Of a stretch of 64,000 bases of DNA, positions 9,586 to 19,300 are shown piece after piece. The notes below the pieces were generated by a model, which made no database searches, was not told the DNA's origin, and saw only the letters and a program-made list of their open reading frames with translations. The first letter of the stretch is position 1. Each line of letters opens with the position of its first letter. Location: assembly GCA_938010045.1 (NCBI GenBank), contig CALLFZ010000004.1, forward strand, positions 28,107 to 92,106. Direction: 5' to 3'. The translations under genes were made by a program, and so were the position numbers. The DNA is from an uncultured bacterium (lineage in GTDB: Bacteria > Verrucomicrobiota > Kiritimatiellia > PWTM01).

Positions 9586-11259
9586 CTAAAAGACGTCGGA
9601 CCGGTGTTTGCGGCGCAGATGATTGCGTATCGCGATCGCCAACAGGTTCAGCAGCACGATGATCGTGACCAGTAGCAAGGCGGTCGTGAACACCATTGGC
9701 TTGGCGGCCTCGCTGTTCTGGCTCTGAAAGCCAAGGTCGTAGATATGGAAGCCGAGGTGCATGAAGCTGCGTTCAGGATGGATGAACGGCGGCACGCGGT
9801 CCACAGGTAGCTCTGGGGCGAGTTTCACCGCGCCGACGAGCATCAGCGGAGCGACCTCGCCGGCGCCGCGCGCCATCGCAAGGATCATGCCCGTGAGGAT
9901 GCCCGGCAGCGCGCGGGGCAGCACAATGCGGCGCAGCGTCTGCCACTTGCCCGCGCCGCACGCGAACGACCCCTCTCGCATCGAGTTCGGTACCGCGGCC
10001 AAGGCCTCCTCGGTCGCGACGATCACCACGGGCAGCGTCATCACCGCCAGCGTCAGCGACGCCCAAAGGATGCCGCCCTTGCCGAAGGTCGGATTCGGGA
10101 GGCGTGCGGCGAACAGTAGCTCGTCGATCGTGGCACCGACCATATAGCAGAAGAAGCCGAGCCCAAACACGCCGAAGACGATGCTCGGCACACCGGCGAG
10201 GTTGTTGATCGAGACGCGGACCACGCTGACCCACGGGCCGGGCTTCGCGTATTCGCGCAGGTAGAGCGCCGCCATCACGCCGATCGGCACAACGGCCAAC
10301 GACATCAGCAACGTCATCACGACCGTGCCAAACATCGCCGGAAACACGCCACCCTCGCTGTTCGCCTCTCGAGGCACATCGGAGATGAACTCCCACCAGC
10401 GCGACCCGTACACGGCCCATCGCTCGGCCCGGGAGAGCGCGTTCGCGGGCACCATGCGGACGATGTCGGCGAGCATCAGGCGCGCTTCGCGGCCGTCCGC
10501 GGTAACGACGTCGAGGTGGAACTGCGCGTTGTGCGCGTTGAGCGACTCGATCTCCGCGCGCAACCGCGCAAACTCCTCCGCCGTCCGCTGTTCCACCTGC
10601 TCCGCCTCGCGGCGGGCGATCGCGTACCGTTCGGAGTCGCGGCCGGCGACCAGCTCGGCGGTGCGGGCGCGTAGCCGCGCGGCCTCAAGCCGCCGGTTCA
10701 CCTCGCCGATCTCCACGGTTTCGATCCGCTCGCGGCGCCGCCGTCGTGCCACGACCTCGGGGTGGATGGAGGGCCACGCGGCGCGGATCTCCGCGGCGTT
10801 CGTCGCGATGATGCGGCCGCCCGCGACCAGCGCGCGCGGAAGACCGTAAAACCGGCCCCAGGCCACCCGTTCCAACACCATCGCCTCCGGTGGGCAGTCC
10901 TCGGCGGCGACCTCGTGGTCCGCAACCCACGCGAAGTGCTCATGGGTCAGTTCGAAGTTGCCGATGCGCACGAGCCGCCGCCGCACCAGCCGACCGTCGG
11001 GCCCGCGCGCGGTTTCGCGCCGAGCGATCTCCCCCATCAGAACCCGGCCGTCCTGGCAGCGGATCCGGACGACGGGGCGCGGCCACAACGTGGAAAGGCC
11101 ACCGACCATGAGCAGCGCGATGAGGCCCACGATCATGCCGAGCGCCAGCAACAGTGCGCCGCCCGTCAGCCACAGCGCCGGCTCGCCTCGGGCGCGCAGC
11201 GCCTCGACGGCCGAACGGCGGGTGCGGAGGCGATCGCGGCGAGGAACTCCGTGGCTCAC
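9586..11259 (-). CDS. pstA: phosphate ABC transporter permease PstA (long form with ~270-aa N-terminal extension)
   Basis: The C-terminal ~290 aa is PstA-like with multiple TM segments. The N-terminal extension has one TM followed by a helical/coiled-coil region. Confidence 0.85.
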   Translation of the reverse strand: MSHGVPRRDRLRTRRSAVEALRARGEPALWLTGGALLLALGMIVGLIALLMVGGLSTLWPRPVVRIRCQDGRVLMGEIARRETARGPDGRLVRRRLVRIGNFELTHEHFAWVADHEVAAEDCPPEAMVLERVAWGRFYGLPRALVAGGRIIATNAAEIRAAWPSIHPEVVARRRRRERIETVEIGEVNRRLEAARLRARTAELVAGRDSERYAIARREAEQVEQRTAEEFARLRAEIESLNAHNAQFHLDVVTADGREARLMLADIVRMVPANALSRAERWAVYGSRWWEFISDVPREANSEGGVFPAMFGTVVMTLLMSLAVVPIGVMAALYLREYAKPGPWVSVVRVSINNLAGVPSIVFGVFGLGFFCYMVGATIDELLFAARLPNPTFGKGGILWASLTLAVMTLPVVIVATEEALAAVPNSMREGSFACGAGKWQTLRRIVLPRALPGILTGMILAMARGAGEVAPLMLVGAVKLAPELPVDRVPPFIHPERSFMHLGFHIYDLGFQSQNSEAAKPMVFTTALLLVTIIVLLNLLAIAIRNHLRRKHRSDVF

Positions 11260-13889
11260 AGCTCGCGCAGCCTCCGACGCACCCGCAGCCGGACAGCCTC
11301 CGCGGCGGTGTTCACGATAAAGGTCATCACGAACAGAACCAACGAGGCCAGAAACAGCGTTCGGTAGTGGGTGCTGTTCCGCACCGCCTCGGGCAACTCG
11401 ACCGCGATGTTGGCGGACAGGGTTCGAAATCCGTTGAAGATGTTCCAGCTCATGATCGGCGTATTGCCGGCCGCCATGAGGACGATCATCGTCTCGCCCA
11501 CCGCCCGGCCGAGCCCCACCATCACGGCCGAGAAAATTCCGCCGGCGGCGGCCGGCACGACGATCCGGACCGCCGTCTGCCAGTTCGTTCCGCCTGCCGC
11601 CAGCGAGGCGGAGCGCAGGTGTTCCGGAACGGCGGTCAACGCGTCGTCCGCGATCGTATAGATGATTGGGATGATCGCGAAGCCCATCACCACGCCGACC
11701 ACCAGCGCGTTGCGTTGCACATATGTTCCAACAAGGCCGCCCCGCGGGTCCGCTCCCGCAAAGCTCAACAGCGCCGCTCCGCCCGCTGCCAGCCCCGCCG
11801 CCGCCGCCAGCACCGCCGCGAACTTGAGCAGTTCAAGGACGGCGACGACCGTTTCGGATGCGGCACGCGGGGTGCGCACACACCGGTCCCAGCAGGGCAC
11901 AGCCACGACCGCCGCGATCGCCAGCGCGGCGGGCAGCAGAATGAGCCACCATCCGCCCCATGGGCCGCCGATCTGACCATCGAGCCAGCGCATCACGTCG
12001 CCCGCAAACAACCAGCGCTCGGCCGCACGGCCCACCGGTGCCGCGGCGGTGAAGCCGGCGAACGCCGCAACGGCCATCGCGAACGGACGGACACGAGCGC
12101 CAGCAAGACGAATGCCGCCGGGCAACAGCGACCAGACGTGGCCCCCGAGGATCAACGCCAGCGGCACGGTCCCGAACGATGCCATGACGACGGGGAGATG
12201 GCTCGCCACCCACGGCGCGATCACCAGCGCCGCCAAAAACCCGAGCACAACGCTGGGCAGAGCCGCCATCAGTTCGATCGTCGGCTTCACGAAGGCCTTC
12301 CATCGCGGCCGCATGAACTCGCTCGTATAGAGCGCCGCGAGCAAGGCGAGCGGGACCGCGAGCACCATGGCCACCAGCGTGGCTTTTACGGTTCCGAACA
12401 CCAGCGGCATCAACCCAAACTTCGGCTCGAAGTCGTCCGTGCCGGAGGACGACTGCCACACGTGGGCGGGATGCGGCGCCCCTTCGTACCAGACAGGGCC
12501 GAAGAGAGCCTTCAACGACACCTCGGGATGCCCGGGCCGCATGGCCACAGTCCAGGCCCGTTCGCCCGCGGCAACCACCAGCGCATCCTCTTTCGGACTG
12601 AACGCGAGGACGCGGATTGGTTCCTCCACTGGGACGCGCAACTCGCCCAGCTGTTTGGCGCTCGTGGCATGCCAGACCGCGACGCGTCCGTCCGCGCAGC
12701 CTGCCGCAAAGATGCGGGAGCGATGTGAAATGGCGAGCGCGGTCACCGGCGACCGAGAGGCGACTTCAAACCGCCGCGGATTCACAATCCGCCGGGCCCC
12801 GGCGGCGTCGTCCTCGACCGGCACCACAAACCAGAGCGAGATGCGCCCCGCCGAATCCCCCACCAGCAACGTCGAACGACCCAGCAGCAGGCGGGCCACC
12901 GTCACCCGACACCCGGGCTCGGGAAGCACATCGAGGTCTTCCGCGAGCTGCGCGTGCTCCGCGGTGCGCACGTCGTAGCGGTGCAGCACGCCGTCCGGCC
13001 AGAGCATCAGCAGCGTGTCGCCGAGCCCCGACAAGCCCACATACTCCGGCAGGCCGGCCTCCGGACGGCGTTCCCAGGCAATCGGCACGACCGTGCGGAA
13101 GAGGGTGGTCTGGCCCGTGAGCATGTTGCGGCGCTGCCGAACCCGGACCGCCTCGAGGGTACCATCGTCATGCAAGAGAACTTGCACAAATCCATCCGGG
13201 CCGCTCACAAAATCCAGACGGCGCACTGGCGACGTCGCCGCTGGCGGCGCCAGATCGGCCACGTCCACGGTGAAGGAGATCCGCACCGCGCGCTCCGTCT
13301 CGACCCGGCGCCAGACGGCCGTGCCATCCCACCATTCCGCGCCCACGGCCAGCGAGCCGACCGGCTCCGGGGCGGAACCGATCGGATGCCAGTCCGTCCG
13401 GCTGGCGGCCCGAAGAGTGGCCACCGCGCCGTCCGAGAACCCCGCCATCGCAAGGCCGGCCAAGGGGTCCCATTGAAGCACCGTCACCGGCCGCCCCTCC
13501 AGTGGCGCGAGGCGCACCGGCATTCCCGGCGTCTGAAGGGGGGCGACGGACCAGACCGCCTGCGTGTCCGCCCAGAGGGCCAGAGCTCGGGACTCATCGG
13601 TGGCCAGGGTGGCCACCTCCGCGCCGTGGGGCCAAGTCGCCAACGGCTCGAGGCTCCCCCAGGTGGCCGGTCGAAACAGGGGCGCCGCCACCGCGAGCAG
13701 GAATACAAACACTCCCATCACCGAGACGACCGTCGCGAGGCCACCGACCGTGATCACCCAGCGGGCGATCGCATCGGCGATTCGGACCCGCCTCGTCGTG
13801 GTTCTCGATGCCCGCACGCGCGGAAACCTGTTCGATACAACAAACCGGTGTGCGCGACGCCGCCCCAGCGTCGCGCACGTCACCGCCAC
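11256..13889 (-). CDS. pstC: phosphate ABC transporter permease PstC (long form, ~570-aa N-terminal periplasmic WD40-like domain)
   Basis: The C-terminus has the typical PstC permease motifs (..GETMIVLMAAGN..). The N-terminus has one TM, then repeats such as DGRVAVWHA, SAGRISLWFV and DGVLHRYD suggesting a beta-propeller. 4-nt overlap with pstA. Confidence 0.85.
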   Translation of the reverse strand: MAVTCATLGRRRAHRFVVSNRFPRVRASRTTTRRVRIADAIARWVITVGGLATVVSVMGVFVFLLAVAAPLFRPATWGSLEPLATWPHGAEVATLATDESRALALWADTQAVWSVAPLQTPGMPVRLAPLEGRPVTVLQWDPLAGLAMAGFSDGAVATLRAASRTDWHPIGSAPEPVGSLAVGAEWWDGTAVWRRVETERAVRISFTVDVADLAPPAATSPVRRLDFVSGPDGFVQVLLHDDGTLEAVRVRQRRNMLTGQTTLFRTVVPIAWERRPEAGLPEYVGLSGLGDTLLMLWPDGVLHRYDVRTAEHAQLAEDLDVLPEPGCRVTVARLLLGRSTLLVGDSAGRISLWFVVPVEDDAAGARRIVNPRRFEVASRSPVTALAISHRSRIFAAGCADGRVAVWHATSAKQLGELRVPVEEPIRVLAFSPKEDALVVAAGERAWTVAMRPGHPEVSLKALFGPVWYEGAPHPAHVWQSSSGTDDFEPKFGLMPLVFGTVKATLVAMVLAVPLALLAALYTSEFMRPRWKAFVKPTIELMAALPSVVLGFLAALVIAPWVASHLPVVMASFGTVPLALILGGHVWSLLPGGIRLAGARVRPFAMAVAAFAGFTAAAPVGRAAERWLFAGDVMRWLDGQIGGPWGGWWLILLPAALAIAAVVAVPCWDRCVRTPRAASETVVAVLELLKFAAVLAAAAGLAAGGAALLSFAGADPRGGLVGTYVQRNALVVGVVMGFAIIPIIYTIADDALTAVPEHLRSASLAAGGTNWQTAVRIVVPAAAGGIFSAVMVGLGRAVGETMIVLMAAGNTPIMSWNIFNGFRTLSANIAVELPEAVRNSTHYRTLFLASLVLFVMTFIVNTAAEAVRLRVRRRLREL

Positions 13890-13897
13890 CGGTCAGC

Positions 13898-14893
13898 CTA
13901 GAAACCCGGCTCCAGTCCGACCGAGTTCAGGGCCTGGCGAGCCATCTCGCTGGTGACCGGGAAGTAGCCGTCCTTGATCACCTGCTCCTGTCCGTCGCGG
14001 CTGAATACGTAGCGGATGAACTCGCGCCGCAGCGGATCCAGCGCCTCGCCCGGCTTCACGTTCACATAGATATACAGCATGCGCGCCAGCGGGTAGTCGC
14101 CGGTGTAGGCATGCGAGGGATCAGCGGGAACCAACGGTTCGCCGTCGCGTTCGCTCAACGACACTGCGCGCACGTCGGCGGTCTTGTAGCCGATTCCGCT
14201 GTAGCCGATGCCGCCCCGATCGCTCGCCACCCCCTGCACCACCGCGGAGGAGCCGGGTTGTTCCTTCACCGAGTCCTTGTAGTCGCCCTTCGCCAGCGCG
14301 TGCTCCTTGAAGTAGCCGTACGTGCCCGACGCGGCATTACGGCCATACAGGCTGATCGGCAGATTGGCCCATTCACCCCCGAGCCCCAACTGGCCCCAAT
14401 TGGTGATGTCCTGCGGAGCACCGCGCTTGCGCGTCTTGGAGAAGATCGCGTCGACCTGAGCCAGCGACAGTCCCTGGATCGGATTGTCGCGGTGGACGTA
14501 CACGGCCAGCATGTCGAGGGCCACCGGAAGGGCGGTGGGTTTGTAGCCGAACTTGGCCTCGAACTCGTCGATTTCGGCCTGCTTCATCTCACGGCTCATC
14601 GGACCGAACGTCGCGGTGCCCGCTATCAGCGCCGGCGGGGCCGTGGAAGAGCCTTTCCCCTCGATCTCGATCTGGACGTTCGGATAATGCCGCTTGAAGC
14701 CCTCCGCCCAGAGCGTCATCAGGTTGTTCAGCGTATCCGAGCCCACGCTCTTGATCGTCCCCGAGACTCCCTGGACTGCCCGGTAGGCCGGAAGGGCCTC
14801 ATCCACCTTCACCTGGCCGCGCGCGGCCATCACGGCAGCGGTCAGAACGACCGCGAGTCTCAGCGTTCGCCCACTACAGTTCGTCGTGTTCAT
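13898..14893 (-). CDS. pstS: phosphate-binding protein PstS (PBP superfamily)
   Basis: Has a signal peptide. ..GSDTLNNLMTLWAEGF...GKGSSTAPPALIAGTATFGPMSR.. is a PstS-like periplasmic binding fold. An internal ATG at MNTTN was chosen as the start. Confidence 0.85.
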   Translation of the reverse strand: MNTTNCSGRTLRLAVVLTAAVMAARGQVKVDEALPAYRAVQGVSGTIKSVGSDTLNNLMTLWAEGFKRHYPNVQIEIEGKGSSTAPPALIAGTATFGPMSREMKQAEIDEFEAKFGYKPTALPVALDMLAVYVHRDNPIQGLSLAQVDAIFSKTRKRGAPQDITNWGQLGLGGEWANLPISLYGRNAASGTYGYFKEHALAKGDYKDSVKEQPGSSAVVQGVASDRGGIGYSGIGYKTADVRAVSLSERDGEPLVPADPSHAYTGDYPLARMLYIYVNVKPGEALDPLRREFIRYVFSRDGQEQVIKDGYFPVTSEMARQALNSVGLEPGF

Positions 14894-14981
14894 CCGTGTC
14901 TCTCCCCGCCGCCGGTGGTCGCGGAGTTCGCGTCCTGCTCCAACACCGCGCGGCCCTCTCAGTATCTCGAAGCCGTATCCC

Positions 14982-15016
14982 CAGATTGTTCCAACACGGT
15001 TAGGATTTTGTAAGGA
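14982..15016 (-). promoter_or_regulatory. candidate Pho-box-like direct repeats upstream of pstS
   Basis: On the minus strand the sequence reads cTTACAAAatcc TAACCGTgttg GAACAATctgg. These are three units with 11-bp periodicity, ~90-125 nt upstream of the pstS start. The stretch is unusually AT-rich for this genome. Confidence 0.3.
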
Positions 15017-15404
15017 CCAAATCTTGGGCGCGCGGTGGATCCGTGTGGACACCGGTGTTCGCGGCATTCCTAGGCGCGCCAAAACGGCGAAGGACCTGGT
15101 TCTTCGTGTTCGTTCCGTCATGTCCCGATGGCCCATACGCCGCGCCAGCGGGTGACCGTCCCGCGCCGCCTCACCCGCGCAATGAGCCGCCGCTCGATGG
15201 TACGCACCCTGGGGGCCTCTCGCCGATTCACGAGCGCGGGTCCGATCCCTACGGCGCTCACGAGGCAGCGCCGTGCGTCGTCCGGCGGCGAACGAGAGAG
15301 AGGACAGCATCGAGAAGATGACTCGTCCGCGAGCGTTGGCGAGGATCGGTACCTGCCAGCGTTCTCTCATGGCGGCGTCCTGGGTAGCGTCTTGAGCTCA
15401 GAAC

Positions 15405-15432
15405 GAAACGGCGCCCCCGCGAGCGCCGTTTC
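15405..15432 (-). terminator. putative intrinsic terminator hairpin downstream of the lipoprotein gene
   Basis: GAAACGGCGC-cccgcga-GCGCCGTTTC gives a perfect 10-bp stem located 22 nt after the stop codon. The following U-tract is weak (GTTCT). Confidence 0.4.
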
Positions 15433-15453
15433 GAACCACCTGGCTCGAGTTGG

Positions 15454-16308
15454 TTACTGAGCGACCCCGACGATGTCGCCCGTGCGGCCCGTGGACTCGA
15501 TCCAGGTGCCCTGCAGGCGGCGGTTGTTGAGGTAAATCTGAATCGTGCTGGTCGGCCCGCCACCGCCGCCACTCGTGCCCGCCACCGTCCCGGACAGCGT
15601 GCCGACGATCTTGACGCCGACGCCGGCCCGGGACCGCCCTTCAGCTTGGAACGAGGCAATGACGGTGTCACCCACAGCCGGTTGCAGCGGTGTCACGGAG
15701 GCCTCGTCGCTCGATACGCCGCCCGTTGTCCGGATGCTCGAAATTTGGCCCGAATACGTCGCCCCGCTGCTGTCCACGATCGTCAGCGAATTGCCCGACT
15801 GCGTAATCGAGAAGGTGTAGACGCCACCGCCCGAGCTGCCGGGATCCGCATCATCCGTGTACTGGTAGGAGGCGAGGATCGGCGTTCCCGCGGGCGGCCA
15901 AGCGCCGATCAGATCGATGCTCCACGCTCCGGTCTGGTACACGATCGAGCCGGTTTTCCCGCTGCCGGAGAGCACGCCGGCGCCGTTGTCGGTCAGCACG
16001 TACACCCCCGCCACGATCTGGAACGTGCCAGGCAATACACGCCGCCGGGAGGTGACACCGGCGTAGGTGCTCTGCCCCGCCACCGCGGTAGCCACACGCT
16101 CGCCGGTGATGGTGTTGGTCGTTGCACCACCGCCCGAACCGAATTCACCCACCAGGAACGTCCCGCTAACAGCACGATACACGCCGCTGAAATTGACCCA
16201 GTTGTAGCGGTTCGACACCGTTTGCGCGCCGCTGCCGGCCTCCCAGTCACAGCCCACCAGCACCACGGCGGCCCCCGCCACCGCGCACCCCCACCATCGT
16301 CGCTTCAT
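15454..16308 (-). CDS. secreted lipoprotein, Gly/Thr/Ser-rich beta-rich hypothetical
   Basis: Signal peptide plus lipobox LVGC. Lies directly downstream of the giant protease gene on the same strand. Confidence 0.6.
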   Translation of the reverse strand: MKRRWWGCAVAGAAVVLVGCDWEAGSGAQTVSNRYNWVNFSGVYRAVSGTFLVGEFGSGGGATTNTITGERVATAVAGQSTYAGVTSRRRVLPGTFQIVAGVYVLTDNGAGVLSGSGKTGSIVYQTGAWSIDLIGAWPPAGTPILASYQYTDDADPGSSGGGVYTFSITQSGNSLTIVDSSGATYSGQISSIRTTGGVSSDEASVTPLQPAVGDTVIASFQAEGRSRAGVGVKIVGTLSGTVAGTSGGGGGPTSTIQIYLNNRRLQGTWIESTGRTGDIVGVAQ

Positions 16309-16362
16309 GGTTGTCTCCTATGTGGCCACTCGGTAACGCTCGATGATTCCCGGCCGCGGCGA

Positions 16363-19300
16363 TCAATCCTTCAGCCGCCAGCGCAGCCGATAATAGCGGA
16401 CGCGGGCCGCGGTGTCATCGCCAGTCGCGGTTACGGCCCTTTCCTCAGATGGGTTGGTGGTCGGCGCCATGCCGGTCGCATTACCCGCCATGGGCGTCCA
16501 CGGTCCACTCAGAGTTGGGGCCGATTCCACCCACACCTCAATGTGCTCTGTCAGCTGCGAGATCCCGCGAGCCAGACGCAGGCGGGCCTCGATCGCAGAG
16601 CCGATACGGCGCAGGCCAGAAATTTCGAGCAATTGCTCGCACCCCGGCTTGGAGGCTGGATCGTTCGGGTTGGTCCCCGCGGCGATCTCGAGGATGTCCG
16701 GGAATCCATCGCCGTCCGTGTCCACCTTGAGGGGGCTCGCGCCACGAGCCAACTCAAGGCCGTCCGGCACACCGTCGCCATCGGAGTCGCGCACCAGCGG
16801 CGAACTGCCAACCGTCAACTCCACCCCGTCGGGGACGCCGTCGCCATCGGTGTCGATGACACGCGGATTGGTGCCGTGCAGCAACACCTCGACGCCGTCC
16901 GGGATGCCGTCGCCATCGGTGTCGGCCAGGGTTGGGTTGCTGTCAACGGCGGACTCGAGGTACTCCTCGAGATCGTTCAGGCCGTCGCCGTCGGTGTCGG
17001 TCCAGCCGCGCACCGCGCCACGCCCCATCGTCGCGAGGCCGCCGGTCAAGAAGAACTCGTACGCGTCCGGCAGGTGGTCGTTGTCGGTGTCGCGGTCGTG
17101 CAGGACGAGCACCTGGCCGCTCGCGCTGGGCGGCGTCGCCACATCGGCCGCGCGATAGGCGGAAACGGGCGCCGCGATCCAGCCGCGCGACTCCCACGCA
17201 TCGAGCCGGCCGTTGTTGTTCTGGTCCATATACGCTCGGACGTAATAGGTGCCGGCGTTCAGGCCCCGCAGCCGGAACTGCACTCGGCCGGCAACCCCTT
17301 CGTTCGTCACGCTGACTTTCTGAACCACCGCGCGCGCCCATGGCATGCCGTGGAAATCGCGGGAGCCGAAGGCCTCCACAATGATCCGCGGGTTCAACAC
17401 CTTGCCCTGGTAGAAGACCTCGCCCGCGATGTCATACGGTCCGGTCGGACCCGCCGCGAGGTTCACCTGCAGGGTGCGAGCCGGAGACCATGCGCCCGCG
17501 CCGAGCGCGTTCCAGCCGCGCACTTGCCACGTGTAGACGCCGTCCTCGTAGATCGGCACGCGGACCCGCTGCACGCCGTCGTTGTCCGGAACCGGCGCAA
17601 GATCAATGCGGCTGAACACCGGGGTGCCGCCGGCGTTGACGACCACCAGCTCGTAGCGCACCGAGTTGGTGTCCATCACGAAGGCGAGCCAATCCACCGC
17701 CGTTCGTCGCACCGCATCGTTCGCAGTGATCGGCGTTGGCGCCGCCGGCAATCTGCTCGCCACGCTGACACTAAACTCGCCCTGCGCGATCGGCGCCACC
17801 TTGAAGGGGTCGTCGGGCGCACGGTAGACGTAGTAGCGCCAGCTGGTGGAATACGGCAGACCATTCGCGTACCCCGCCGCGATGTAATCGCCCTCGTGGA
17901 CGAACGTGCGACCCCGGATGAACCGGTCGATGATCGCCGCCCCGCCCGCGTTGGCGATCCGAACGCGATAGTCGTTCGTCGTCCCTTGCGCCGGCCACGA
18001 GAAGCGGTGGAATCCCGGCCGCGTCACGGACAGGCCGAACGTGAACTCGTTGAACGCCCACGTGCCGCCGACCGGCAGCCCCTCGGCCAACCCGAAGGGC
18101 TCCCCTGGATCCCAAGTCTCGTTGTTGTTGAAGTCACGGAAAGCGTACGCCCAGTTCGCGCCGCCCTTCATATGGCCCGCCGAGTAGCCTTGCGATTGCA
18201 ACGTGAACGGATTGGCCTGCGGCACGTTGCCGGCGGCCACAATCACGACGGCGTCCGGCGCACCCTCCATCGAATTGGTCGTGTACGTGGCCATGACAAA
18301 CTGGCCGGCCGCGTTCGTGGCTGTCGTCGATTTCACGATGCTGCGGATGATTGGAGTGGGCCAGGAGAGACCCGACACCGGGCTCGGCGCATTCGAATAG
18401 GTGCCGTCCGCGAGCACCGAGGCCAGAAACTCCTCCTCGTTGACCCAGCCGTCCATGTCGCCGTCGAGGTGTGAATCGCTCACGAGCGGGTCCATGACGG
18501 CGCGGTACCGGTTCTCCCACGCGTCGGGTACGCCGTCCATGTCGGAATCGACGCCCAGCGACGGGAAGAACAGGAAGCGGTTCGTGAACCACGCCACGTT
18601 GCCGAACAGCGAGGCGCCGTGCGCCCAGTCGTTCGTCCACTCTCGCGGGTAGACGAAATCTTCGACATGCCCTTTTCGCGGCATGGTGTCATCGGCGGTG
18701 CCCCATAGTCCGTCGAGGCCGGGCGTCGCGGACGTGAAGTCGTCGAATTTGTGATAGCAGGCGAGCGAGGCCTCCTGCCCGCTGCAACCGATCAGCGTTG
18801 GCGGCCGCGCGCTGTTCCAGATCCGGACTTCGTCGATCAGCCCGTTGAAGCTCTCGCCGACCCGTTGCACGAGACCGGCGGCGTTGGTCAAGCCTGAGGC
18901 CGTCGAGTTGAACGCCGTACCGACCGACTCGCCATTGACCCACAGGCGGACCAGGCGGCTGGCGTGTTCGTACGAGGCCGCCAGATGCGTCCAGTTCGTC
19001 ACGAACAGCGGGTTGGGCCCCACCGGCTCCATCGGAACCGGCGCGGGGTTGGTCACCGCGATCGTGCCCATGCCGGTGTTGTAGGCCACGTAGGGCAAGC
19101 CGGCTGGCGTCAAACCGAGGATGAACGACTGCGCCAGACCGGTGTTCCAATAGCGCCCGTACACCCGACCGCCCGCGCCGAGCATCGCGGCCGAGGGACT
19201 GATCCATGCCTCGACCGTGATGTCGCCGGTTTGGAACCGCCGCTCGGGATCCTCCCGGTCAATCTCCATCCAGGACAACGGCGTACCGAAGAATCTCAGC

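Noticed and set aside
15646-18474. 942-aa ORF on the plus strand
   Set aside because: It is antisense to the giant protease gene and extremely Arg/Ala/Gly-rich with no motifs. This is the typical spurious long ORF of a high-GC genome.
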